Positions 20,576-29,380 of a DNA stretch of 64,000 nucleotides are shown one piece after another. Made by a program: the position numbers and the translations under genes. Where the stretch lies: assembly GCA_030429235.1 (NCBI GenBank), contig JAUIDB010000001.1, forward strand, positions 157,696 to 221,695, read 5' to 3'. This DNA comes from Thermoanaerobaculia bacterium. Lineage in GTDB: Bacteria; Acidobacteriota; Thermoanaerobaculia; Multivoradales; JAIOJS01. Every line of letters begins with the position of its first letter. The stretch's first letter is position 1. The notes under the pieces are model-generated. The model made no database searches and was not told the DNA's origin. It worked only from the letters and a program-made list of their open reading frames with translations.

Positions 20576-22732
20576 GTGCAGGTCCAGCCCTTCGAGCTGG
20601 CCGAGTACTGCGGCGAGGTGGCCACGCCATGGCAGGCCGAAGACCTCGAGTCGGCGCTGGCGCCGGTGCTCGACGTGGGCCAGGCTGAGGAGATCCTGCA
20701 CTGGGGACGCAACATCCTGTGGACCGCGAAGTGGCCGACGGCCGAAGGCGGCTCGACGGTCGTGGTCAAGCAGTTTCGCCACGAGGATCTGCGTCGCCGC
20801 CTCGATCGGCGGTGGCGTGGCAGCAAGGCGGCCCGCAACTGGCGCGCGGCGTTGGCGCTGCAGGATGCCGGCATCGCGGTGCCGGCCCCGGTGGCCTGGG
20901 TCGAAAGCCGACAGGCCTCTGGTCCCGCGTTCTTCATCTGTGGCTACTTGCCGCACCGTCTCGAAGCTCGCTACCCCCTGCGGGCGCTGAACGCCGACCG
21001 GCTCGACGAGGAGTTCCCGGCCTGGCCGCGGCAACGCCTGCTCGAAGTGCTGGCTGGTACGGCGCGAAGGCTGCACGCCGCCGGATTCTGGCATCGCGAC
21101 TACTCGGCTGGAAACGTGTTGCTTCCGGACGGCCCGGCGGAAGGAGGCGATGAGGCCGTCCTCGTCGACCTGAACCGCACCCGACGGTTGGCTCGGCTCG
21201 GTCGCGCGCACCGCCTCGATGATCTATCGCGCATGCCGATCGTCGCTCTCGAAGACCGCCGAGCCCTGTTGAAGGCGTATCTGGAGCGTCCGCCGACACC
21301 GTCCGAGTGGTGGAGTTACCGTTGGCGGTACCTTCGGTTCCACGGTCGCCATCGGTTGAAGAAGGCGTGGCGTCGCCGCACGGCAGGATGGAAGAACCTA
21401 CTGGTCGCGCGCAAGGCGTACCCCCACCTGCCACCGCCGGAGGAGCATGCCTCGCGGCGGGACCGAGTGGTGTGGGATCGGTTGTCGGATCAGCCGCACC
21501 AGCACGCGAGTCGCTGGGACAAGCTGACCGTTCGGGTCCGCGATGTCGGTGCCCACGTGCGGACCGTCGGTGCGGTCGTGACCTCGGCGCCCCGCATCTG
21601 GCGGCGCTACCGCAAGCTCCGCCAGGGGCTCTACCGGGCTCCGACGAGATTCGACGGGATCGGGGTTTGCTTGCGTCCGCTACCGGGACAGGAAGCGGCG
21701 CTCCTGTCCGCGGTCGAGGGACTCGGGGTCCACCACTTGTTGCTCCGGCTCCATCCCTGGCAGTCGGACCACGAAGCGGAATTACAGCTTGCCCAGGAGC
21801 TGGCGAGCCGGGGGTACGACCTGGTCTTTGCCCTGCCGCAGCGCCGCGAGTTGGTGCGCGACCCCGCCCGCTGGCGGGCGGCGGTCGAGGAACTGGCCGA
21901 GCGTTTCACTCCCTACGGCAAGACCTTCCAGCTCGGTCAAGCGATCAACCGCAGCAAGTGGGGAGTCTGGAACTACGCCGAGTTCCAGGCCATGGCGCGC
22001 AGTGCGGCGGAGATCCTACGCCGCAACCCCGAGGTTCGGGTGGTGGGTCCCGGGGTCATCGACTTCGAACTCCACGCCACGGCGGCGGTGGTCAACTGGC
22101 CCGGTAGAGCGGTGACCTTCGACGCTCTGGCCAGCCTGCTCTACGTCGACCGTCGGGGCGCACCGGAGAACCCGCAGGCAGGCTTCGACACCGTCGGCAA
22201 GGTCCTGTTGGCGCAGGCGATCGCGGAGACTGCTCGCCATTGCGGTCCACGGTCCTGGGTGACGGAGGTGAACTGGCCCCTGCGCGAGGGACCTCACTCG
22301 CCGGCCGGGCGGGATGTTTCGGTCGACGAGGAGACCTATGCCGACTATCTCGCGCGCTACTACCTGCTCGCCCTGGCCACCGGCTGCGTCGAGCGGGTCT
22401 ACTGGTGGCAGCTCGAGGCGCGAGGGTATGGGCTGGCCGTGCTCGAAGGGGACACACTGAGACTGCGGCCCGGCTACCAGGCCCTGGCCACCCTTGCCGA
22501 ACGGCTGCGCGGCTGGACCTTCCAGTCCCCCCTCGAGGGCCCACCGGGTACCTACCTCTACCCCTTCGAGCGCGAGGGAGACCGCCGCCTCGCGGCCTGG
22601 AGCGGGGTCGGGGTCCGGGAGGTCGAGCTGCCGGCTCCGGTGCGTCGCGCGGTCGATCGGTCTGGGACCGAGCTGCCGGTATCGGGGAGTCGGGTGACGA
22701 TCGACGGATCGGTGCGCTACTTCGACCTCTGA
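20576..22732 (+). CDS. Fusion: Kdo/WaaP (InaA-like) sugar kinase + GH-A clan-like TIM barrel
   Basis: Kinase VVVKQF, HRDYSAGN, LVDLN; C-half VVGPG, WVTEVNWP, RVYWW, RPGYQAL. Confidence 0.75.
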   Translation: MQVQPFELAEYCGEVATPWQAEDLESALAPVLDVGQAEEILHWGRNILWTAKWPTAEGGSTVVVKQFRHEDLRRRLDRRWRGSKAARNWRAALALQDAGIAVPAPVAWVESRQASGPAFFICGYLPHRLEARYPLRALNADRLDEEFPAWPRQRLLEVLAGTARRLHAAGFWHRDYSAGNVLLPDGPAEGGDEAVLVDLNRTRRLARLGRAHRLDDLSRMPIVALEDRRALLKAYLERPPTPSEWWSYRWRYLRFHGRHRLKKAWRRRTAGWKNLLVARKAYPHLPPPEEHASRRDRVVWDRLSDQPHQHASRWDKLTVRVRDVGAHVRTVGAVVTSAPRIWRRYRKLRQGLYRAPTRFDGIGVCLRPLPGQEAALLSAVEGLGVHHLLLRLHPWQSDHEAELQLAQELASRGYDLVFALPQRRELVRDPARWRAAVEELAERFTPYGKTFQLGQAINRSKWGVWNYAEFQAMARSAAEILRRNPEVRVVGPGVIDFELHATAAVVNWPGRAVTFDALASLLYVDRRGAPENPQAGFDTVGKVLLAQAIAETARHCGPRSWVTEVNWPLREGPHSPAGRDVSVDEETYADYLARYYLLALATGCVERVYWWQLEARGYGLAVLEGDTLRLRPGYQALATLAERLRGWTFQSPLEGPPGTYLYPFEREGDRRLAAWSGVGVREVELPAPVRRAVDRSGTELPVSGSRVTIDGSVRYFDL

Positions 22733-22741
22733 ACCGGAGTC

Positions 22742-23047
22742 TTAGTCGAAGTCCCAGGGACGTTCGGGTCGGCGGTCCAGGTCGCCCTCCTTCTCTGCCC
22801 GGCGGCGGGCTCGTTCGAACTTCTCCTCGAGGAGCCGGTCGCGATTCTGGTGGGCGGCGAGTTCCTGGTCGAAACGCTCTTCGGCTCGCGCCCGATCGTC
22901 GTCGAGATCGGCGAGCAGGGAGTCGAAGTCCGCTCGGGGGTTCGGCTCGCGGGCTACGGCTCGGTGTTCGAGGACGCTGCCGGTCTCGGGGCCGACGACG
23001 ATCTTCGAGCCGCAGTCAGGGCAGCGTAGGTGGAACCGTCGCTTCAT
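22742..23047 (-). CDS. Small protein with N-terminal CPxC knuckle and charged helical C-terminus
   Basis: CPDCGSKIVV..TGSVL; ends RPWDFD; fills the gap between flanking genes; TAGACT 6 nt upstream. Confidence 0.75.
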   Translation of the reverse strand: MKRRFHLRCPDCGSKIVVGPETGSVLEHRAVAREPNPRADFDSLLADLDDDRARAEERFDQELAAHQNRDRLLEEKFERARRRAEKEGDLDRRPERPWDFD

Positions 23048-23226
23048 CGCTGCAGTCTAGCTCAGGGAAGCGTCGACCAAACCATGGTCGCCGCAAGCCC
23101 CACCCTCGGCTTCCGGACTTTAGGGGCGGTATCTCCCGTAGGGGGGCCAGGGTTGATAAGATAGGCAACGTGGTCGTCGTGCGCTGCCACGTTCCGAACG
23201 ATTCAGAAAGAAAGAGTGGAGCGATC

Positions 23227-24420
23227 ATGAAGGTTTTTGCTCGTTTGTTCTTAGTCCTACTCGTGGGCTGCGTGGTGCTCGGTTGCCCCGCCGGCGAGAA
23301 GTCGGTGCACCTCGGCGCGGTGATCCCCCTCTCTGGTCCGGTCGAGGCCTACGGTACCGCGGTCAACAACGGCGTCAACCTCGCGCTCGAGCAGGCCCAG
23401 GCAGACCCGAATCTCGGGTTCGTGCTGACGATGGAGACCGTGGACTCGGGCGGCGATCCGGAGACCGCAGCGCAACTTCTCGACGAGCTCTACTCCAAGG
23501 GCGTGCTCGCCGCGATCGGAGGAGTGACCAGCGACGAGGCGATGGCCATGGTCGACGTGGCCGACGAGGCCGACCGCACGCTGGTCTCGCCCACCGCTTC
23601 CAGCCCCGAACTCACGGGGGTTTCGCGGAACTTCTACCGGGTGTTTCCCTCCGATTTCGAGGAGGGGACCAAGATGGGCAGCTTCGCCGCCAACACGCTG
23701 AACCTGCCGAACGCGGTCATCCTCGCCTCGGAGTCGCCCTACGGCCGCGGAATCCAGGGGGTGTTCAAGAACGAATTCAGCCGCCATGGCGCCGAGATCC
23801 TCGAAGTCATCGAGTACCCGGCAGGGACTTCGGACTTCAGTGGTCTGGTCGATCGCGCCGTCACCCTCGAGCCCGCCGCGGTGTACTTGGCCGCCTACTG
23901 GGACGAGGTGGTCGCGATGGTCAAGGGCCTCCACGACGCCGGCTACCAGGGCAAGGTCCTGACCACCGCGGCGTTTGCGACCTCGCAGGCGGTGGCTGCG
24001 GCCGGTGAGGCGGCGGAGAACGTCTACTTCACCCAGACCGTCTTCGATCTGTCGAACCCCAACGAGCCGATCCCCTCCTTCGTCGAGGCCTACCGCAACA
24101 AGTACGGACTCGACCCCGATCTCTACGCGGCGCACGGCTACGATGCCATGCGGGTCGTGCTCGCGGCCATCGACAAGGAGAAACTGCCCCTGGCCAGTGA
24201 TTTCTGGAAGGGCGTGCGCTCGATCCGCTCCTTCTCGGGGGTCACGGGGTCACTGCAGTTCGACGAGAAGGGGGACGTGCAGAAGTACCCCCGGGTCTAC
24301 GTCATCAAGGAAGGCGCGCCGATCAACTACGACAAGTACGTCGCCGACGCCAAGGAGGTCTTGCGGCAACGGCTGCGCGATCTCGAGCAGATGCAGAACC
24401 GCCTCAAGGGCAACAACTGA
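23227..24420 (+). CDS. LivK-like type I periplasmic-binding-fold lipoprotein
   Basis: Lipobox-like VLGC; PLSG..YG..V.NG, IGG.TS, SPTAS, AHGYDA, F.GVTG.LQFD. Confidence 0.85.
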   Translation: MKVFARLFLVLLVGCVVLGCPAGEKSVHLGAVIPLSGPVEAYGTAVNNGVNLALEQAQADPNLGFVLTMETVDSGGDPETAAQLLDELYSKGVLAAIGGVTSDEAMAMVDVADEADRTLVSPTASSPELTGVSRNFYRVFPSDFEEGTKMGSFAANTLNLPNAVILASESPYGRGIQGVFKNEFSRHGAEILEVIEYPAGTSDFSGLVDRAVTLEPAAVYLAAYWDEVVAMVKGLHDAGYQGKVLTTAAFATSQAVAAAGEAAENVYFTQTVFDLSNPNEPIPSFVEAYRNKYGLDPDLYAAHGYDAMRVVLAAIDKEKLPLASDFWKGVRSIRSFSGVTGSLQFDEKGDVQKYPRVYVIKEGAPINYDKYVADAKEVLRQRLRDLEQMQNRLKGNN

Positions 24421-24427
24421 TTCGGAG

Positions 24428-24450
24428 GCCCCTTCCTCGTCGGAAGGGGC
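24428..24450 (+). terminator. GC-rich hairpin without U-tract (weak terminator or processing site)
   Basis: GCCCCTTCC-tcgtc-GGAAGGGGC, perfect 9-bp stem 7 nt after the stop codon. Confidence 0.45.
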
Positions 24451-24460
24451 TGCTTCCCTC

Positions 24461-25255
24461 ATGATTGGTCGTCTCCTGGGCTTTCGCGGCCTCATCGCGA
24501 CCTTGACCTCTCGTGAGCTCAAGGCGCGCTACCGCGGCTCGTGGCTGGGGTTCGTGTGGTCGCTGGTCAACCCCATCCTGCTGCTCGGGGTCTACACCGT
24601 CGTCTTCGACTTCATCTTCACGCCGCGCATGGCGGGCGCCTCTCCCTATTCGGTCTTTTTGCTGACCGGGCTCTTCCCCTGGATCTGGCTGTCGACTTCG
24701 CTGGTCGAGTCGACCTCCTCGCTGTTGGTCAACGCTGCCCTGATTCGCAAGGCGGTCTTTCCGGCCGAGGTGCTGCCGGTGGTGGTGGCGCTGGCCAACC
24801 TGGTGCACTTCCTACTGGCCCTGCCGATCATCCTGGCGGCGATCCTGGGGGCCCGCATGCTGGGGTTCGAAGTCGGTGGCTGGAGTGCGCTGCTCATGCC
24901 CCTGGCGATCGTGGTGCTCCTCCCGTTCGTCGCGGGACTGGGGCTGGCCCTGGCCGCGCTCAACGTTCACTTCAAGGACACTCGGGACCTGCTCCAGAAC
25001 CTCCTGACCCTGCTCTTCTTCTTGACCCCCATCCTCTACCCGATGGCCGGCCTGGCCCACTTGCCGTGGCTGGAGATGGTCATGAAGCTCAACCCTGGCA
25101 CCCCGTTCGTTCGGCTCTTCCAGGAGGTCCTGTTCTACGGGAACCTGCCCGAGGCGGGGCTCTGGCTGCAGGCTTCCGGGCTGGCGCTCCTCGCTTGGAC
25201 GGTCGGCGCCTGGATCTTCGAGCGGCTGGCGCCGACTCTGGTGGAGGCGGTGTGA
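24461..25255 (+). CDS. wzm: Polysaccharide ABC exporter permease (Wzm-like)
   Basis: RELKARYRGS.LG.VWSL.NP, FFLTPILYP. Confidence 0.9.
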   Translation: MIGRLLGFRGLIATLTSRELKARYRGSWLGFVWSLVNPILLLGVYTVVFDFIFTPRMAGASPYSVFLLTGLFPWIWLSTSLVESTSSLLVNAALIRKAVFPAEVLPVVVALANLVHFLLALPIILAAILGARMLGFEVGGWSALLMPLAIVVLLPFVAGLGLALAALNVHFKDTRDLLQNLLTLLFFLTPILYPMAGLAHLPWLEMVMKLNPGTPFVRLFQEVLFYGNLPEAGLWLQASGLALLAWTVGAWIFERLAPTLVEAV

Positions 25256-26577
25256 GCAGGCCGCAGCCCCCGGTCCGCGTTCGCTCGGTGAGTAAGCTCT
25301 ACCGTCGCATGGCCCCGGGCTTTCGGCTGCGCACGCTCAAGAGCGCCCTGGTCGAACGCTCTCTGGTCGGGGGACTGTCGGCGGCCGAGTCGATTCCCGC
25401 GGTCCAGGATGTGAGCTTCGAGGTGGCCGCGGGCGAGGCGTTTGGGCTCATCGGGTCGAACGGGTCGGGAAAATCGACGCTGCTGAAGTTGGTGGCGGGA
25501 ATTCTGCAGCCGACCAGCGGCGAGGTGATCGTCGATGGCCGGGTCGCGGCGCTGATCGAATTGGGAGCGGGGTTCCATCCCGAGATCTCCGGTCGGGAGA
25601 ACATCTTCATCAATGGATCGGTTCTGGGCCTCAGCCGACGACAGATCGAGGAGCGCTACGACGAGATCGTCGCCTTCTCGGGACTCGAAGACTTCATCGA
25701 AGAGCCGGTCAAGAACTACTCCTCGGGGATGTACGTTCGCCTGGGATTCGCGGTGGCAGTGCATACCGATCCCGACGTGTTGATGGTGGACGAGGTCCTG
25801 TCGGTGGGTGACGAGGCGTTCGCCCATCGCTGTTTGCACCGCATCGAGGAACTCCTGGCGGCGGGCAAGACCCTGCTGTTCGTAAGCCACTCGCTAACCC
25901 TGGTCGAGGACCTCTGTGACCGGGTCTTGTGGATGGACCGGGGCGTGCCCCGTCTGATCGGCGAGCCGCGGAGGGTGGTCGACGCCTACCGTGAGTCGGT
26001 GGCCGAGTCCGAGGGGCGGCAGCACCAGAAGGCAAAGGAGGAGGCCGAGGCCGAACGCGAGGCCGAGGATCCGGCGGGCCCCCGGCGTTGGGGTTCCGGC
26101 GCCGCCACCATTCGCACCGCACGCCTGCTGGTCCTTGGAGAGAGCGGGGCGGCGGTCGAGCGCTACCACCTGGAGACTGGCGAGAGCGTCGAGTTCGAGA
26201 TGACGGTCGAGGTGGACAGGCCGCTGGAGGACTTCGTGTTCGGTATCGGCATCGCCACTCCCCGTGGCACCGAAGTCTGGGGAACCAACACCGAACTGGG
26301 GGGCTGGAAGGGATCTCGGCTGGAGGGTCCGGCGCAGGTCAGGGTGCGCTGTCCCGATCTGCGCCTGGCACCGGGTGAATACCGGGTCGATCTCGCGGTG
26401 CACGCCAGCGATGGTGCGCCGTACGACTATCGCCAGGGGGCCTTCTCCTTTGTGGTCTCGGCTCCCGAACAACAGGTCGGTCTCTACGCCCCTCGGCACG
26501 AATGGAGCTTCTCGTCCGCCGTTTCGTGGGCCGAGGTCGGCAGCACCACCGAATCAGAGGAGATCAAGCATGAGTGA
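25252..26577 (+). CDS. wzt: Polysaccharide ABC exporter ATPase with Wzt C-terminal carbohydrate-binding domain
   Basis: GSNGSGKST, YSSGM, VDEVL, SH; C-terminal extension from RWGSG; GTGA overlap with wzm. Confidence 0.9.
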   Translation: MSRPQPPVRVRSVSKLYRRMAPGFRLRTLKSALVERSLVGGLSAAESIPAVQDVSFEVAAGEAFGLIGSNGSGKSTLLKLVAGILQPTSGEVIVDGRVAALIELGAGFHPEISGRENIFINGSVLGLSRRQIEERYDEIVAFSGLEDFIEEPVKNYSSGMYVRLGFAVAVHTDPDVLMVDEVLSVGDEAFAHRCLHRIEELLAAGKTLLFVSHSLTLVEDLCDRVLWMDRGVPRLIGEPRRVVDAYRESVAESEGRQHQKAKEEAEAEREAEDPAGPRRWGSGAATIRTARLLVLGESGAAVERYHLETGESVEFEMTVEVDRPLEDFVFGIGIATPRGTEVWGTNTELGGWKGSRLEGPAQVRVRCPDLRLAPGEYRVDLAVHASDGAPYDYRQGAFSFVVSAPEQQVGLYAPRHEWSFSSAVSWAEVGSTTESEEIKHE

Positions 26578-26848
26578 GAAACAGGGCGTCAACATCAAGA
26601 TCACCGACGAAGAACTGAAAGGCCGATACTCGAATCTGCTGCGCATCACCCATACGCGGGAGGAGTTCATTCTCGACTTCATCAACCTCGTGCCTCCCCA
26701 GGGAGCGGTGACCGCGAGAATCGTCACCAGCCCCGGCCACATGAAACGGATCATCCATGCGCTTGCAGCCAACCTGCAGCGCTACGAGGCGCAGCACGGA
26801 ACGATCCGGGAGGCGCCCGAACCCAACGCCGACGATCCGATCCACTAG
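26570..26848 (+). CDS. DUF3467 family small protein
   Basis: GRYSN...HTREEFILDF...RIVTSPGHMKR..AL..N...YE...G.I; SD GAGGAG. Confidence 0.85.
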   Translation: MSEKQGVNIKITDEELKGRYSNLLRITHTREEFILDFINLVPPQGAVTARIVTSPGHMKRIIHALAANLQRYEAQHGTIREAPEPNADDPIH

Positions 26849-26863
26849 ACCAGAGGGACTGAC

Positions 26864-27520
26864 ATCCGCGCGTTTTCCGACCCCGGCTCATCGGGTAGGC
26901 GAGGTATCTGGCTCGTCGTACTGCTGATCTGTAGCCTCACTTCCTGCCGAGGGGTGACGCCGACGGCTCGAGCGGCCGCCGACTGGGCCGCGGGGCCGGC
27001 CCGTTGGTTGCTCCTCGCCGACGAGCGCCGGGAGCTGATGTCGCTGCGTACCCCGGCCGAGTTCGAGGCATTTCGAGAGCGCTTCTGGGAGCGTCGCGAC
27101 GCGGAGCCCGCGCTGGAGAGCCATGCGGTCGCCGCGGCCTACTTTGCCCGGGTTGCCGATGCGGACCAGCTGTACGGTGAGCCTGGGGTGCGGGGTGCGG
27201 TCACCGACCGGGGAGGGGTCCTGATCCTGCTCGGGCCCCCGAACATCTTGCGCCACCGCCAGAAGCGGGTTCCCGCTCTGGGGCGCGGACCCTCGCGGGA
27301 CGGCGCTCGGTCGACCGTCCAGATGACCGAGGAGGTGTGGGTCTACCTGACCCAGGATCTGCCGCCGGCGCTGCGCGCTCGCCTGCGCGATGCCGAGGGC
27401 CCGCTGGCCGACATCTCGGTGACCTTCGTGATCGAGGGCTCGGGGGCTCGCTTGACGGCCGGTAAGGACTACCTCCGTTTGGCGCGTCGAGCGCTGGTGT
27501 CCGACAACTCGAGCCCCTAG
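26864..27520 (+). CDS. GWxTD-domain lipoprotein (start codon uncertain, possibly ATC)
   Basis: WLL..ER, FWERRD, R...AD..Y, GAVTDRG...ILLGPP, EVWVY; in-frame signal RRGIWLVVLLICSLTSC upstream of the track start 26954. Confidence 0.75.
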   Translation: MRAFSDPGSSGRRGIWLVVLLICSLTSCRGVTPTARAAADWAAGPARWLLLADERRELMSLRTPAEFEAFRERFWERRDAEPALESHAVAAAYFARVADADQLYGEPGVRGAVTDRGGVLILLGPPNILRHRQKRVPALGRGPSRDGARSTVQMTEEVWVYLTQDLPPALRARLRDAEGPLADISVTFVIEGSGARLTAGKDYLRLARRALVSDNSSP

Positions 27521-27661
27521 GCTCGCGCTGCCTTGACGCCGGCGCGGAGCCTAAGGGATCATGGTCTCGCTCCGGCGCTTCCCGGCGGGAAGTGACGGCT
27601 TTCACCCAACGACCGAACACCGGACGTTCCGTTTCCCGGGGCGTTCAGGGAGGAGCTTTCG

Positions 27662-29368
27662 ATGCGCAATCTGTGGATACTCACTCTGAGCGGCCTGGCC
27701 CTGGCCTGTTCGGCTCCGGCTCCCGCCCCGCCGGTGGCGGAGACCGAAGATACCCTCGAGATCGCCGAAGATCTGGACAGGCGATTGGCGCAGTACGCCC
27801 GCACCGACCTCACGGCCGACCTGTCGAATCTGAGCGACGAGGACCAGCTGGTTCTGGGGCACCTGGTCAGTGCGGCTCGTATGATGGACGAGATCTTTCT
27901 GCGCCAGGCCTGGGTCGGGAATCCGGAGCTGTTGGCCGAAGTGAAAGCCCACGGAGGTGCGCAGCAAGCCGATCTGGAGGAGTTCTACGCCATCAACTTC
28001 GGTCCCTGGGATCGCATCGACGAGAACCACCCCTTCCTCGGCAGCCAAGCCCGCCCCGAGGGCGCGGGGTACTACCCCGAAGATCTGACGCGCGACGAGT
28101 TCGAGAGCTACCTCGCCGACCACCCCGCGGCGGCCGATGCCCTGACCTCGCTGACCACGGTGGTGCGTCGGGACGGTGAGCAGTTGGTCGCCGAGCCGTA
28201 CTCGGCGGTGTATTCGAAGTGGCTGGAGCCCGCCGCCGAACACCTGCGGCAAGCGGCCTCGTTGACCGACAACGCTTCCCTCGAGCGCTTCCTCGAGGCC
28301 CGGGCGGCGGCCTTTGCCAGCGACGACTACTACGAGAGTGATCGGGCTTGGATGGACCTCGACGCTCCGGTCGAGGTGACGATCGGGCCGTACGAGATCT
28401 ACGAGGACAGCCTGTTCGGCTACAAGGCGGCCTTCACCGCCTTCGTCACGGTCAATCTGCCCGAGGAGTCGGAGAAGCTGGCGGGCTACAAAGCGGAGCT
28501 CCCTTGGCTCGAACGCAACCTGCCGATTCCCGACGAGCACAAGAACCTGGGCCGGGGGAGCGAGAGCCCGATCCGTGTCGTCGATATCGTGTTCACCGGA
28601 GGCGATACCAAGGCAGGGGTCCAGACGGTAGCCTTCAACCTGCCGAACGACGAGCGGGTGCGTGAGGAAAAGGGCTCGAAGAAGGTGATGCTCCGGAACA
28701 TCCTTCAGGCAAAGTACGACCAGATCCTGGTGCCGATCGCAGCTCGGGTTCTCGAGCCCGAGCAGGCCGCGGGACTCTCCTTCGAGGCGTTCTTCGCGGA
28801 GGTCCTCCACCACGAGCTGGGCCACGGACTCGGTCCGGGTTCCATCACCGTCGACGGTCGGGACACCGAGGTTCGTCTCGAGCTCAAGGACCTCTACTCC
28901 GTCACCGAGGAGGCCAAGGCCGACGTCCTGGGTGTGTACAACATCCTGGCTTTGATCGACAAAGGCATGATCGATCCCGAGATCGGAGTCTCCCTGTCCC
29001 CAACCTATCTGGCGGGCCTGTTCCGCTCGGCCCGCTTCGGGGTGCACGAGGCTCACGGCCAAGGAGTGATTACCCAGTTCAACTACCTGCAGGAGAAGGG
29101 GGCGCTCGAGGTTACCGCCGAGGGGCGCTACCGGATCGTCGAGGAGAAGTTCGCCGACGGCATCCGCGACCTGCTGCACGAGTTCCTCATGCTGCACGCG
29201 ACCGGGGACTACGAGGGAACCAAGGCCTTCCTCGAGCGCTACGGCCACCCCACCGACGAACTGGTGGCCGCGATCGACCGGCTGAACGCCGAACTGCCGG
29301 TTGATATTCGGCCCGTCTACACCCAGGCAGACGAGCTGGTGGCGGCCAGCCAGTCAGCGAACGACTAG
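27662..29368 (+). CDS. Peptidase M49 (dipeptidyl-peptidase III-like) lipoprotein
   Basis: Lipobox ALAC; AFNLPND, HHELGHG, EEAKAD, RFG..EAHG; SD GGAGG. Confidence 0.85.
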   Translation: MRNLWILTLSGLALACSAPAPAPPVAETEDTLEIAEDLDRRLAQYARTDLTADLSNLSDEDQLVLGHLVSAARMMDEIFLRQAWVGNPELLAEVKAHGGAQQADLEEFYAINFGPWDRIDENHPFLGSQARPEGAGYYPEDLTRDEFESYLADHPAAADALTSLTTVVRRDGEQLVAEPYSAVYSKWLEPAAEHLRQAASLTDNASLERFLEARAAAFASDDYYESDRAWMDLDAPVEVTIGPYEIYEDSLFGYKAAFTAFVTVNLPEESEKLAGYKAELPWLERNLPIPDEHKNLGRGSESPIRVVDIVFTGGDTKAGVQTVAFNLPNDERVREEKGSKKVMLRNILQAKYDQILVPIAARVLEPEQAAGLSFEAFFAEVLHHELGHGLGPGSITVDGRDTEVRLELKDLYSVTEEAKADVLGVYNILALIDKGMIDPEIGVSLSPTYLAGLFRSARFGVHEAHGQGVITQFNYLQEKGALEVTAEGRYRIVEEKFADGIRDLLHEFLMLHATGDYEGTKAFLERYGHPTDELVAAIDRLNAELPVDIRPVYTQADELVAASQSAND

Positions 29369-29380
29369 AGAGGAGAGCGA

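Noticed and set aside
22240..23226. Long N-terminal extension of the LivK-like ORF (similar extensions on wzm, wzt, SDR, acetyltransferase, NCS2, coxG, YHS)
   Set aside because: Arg/Gly/Pro-rich translation overlapping other genes; signal peptides or family motifs mark later starts
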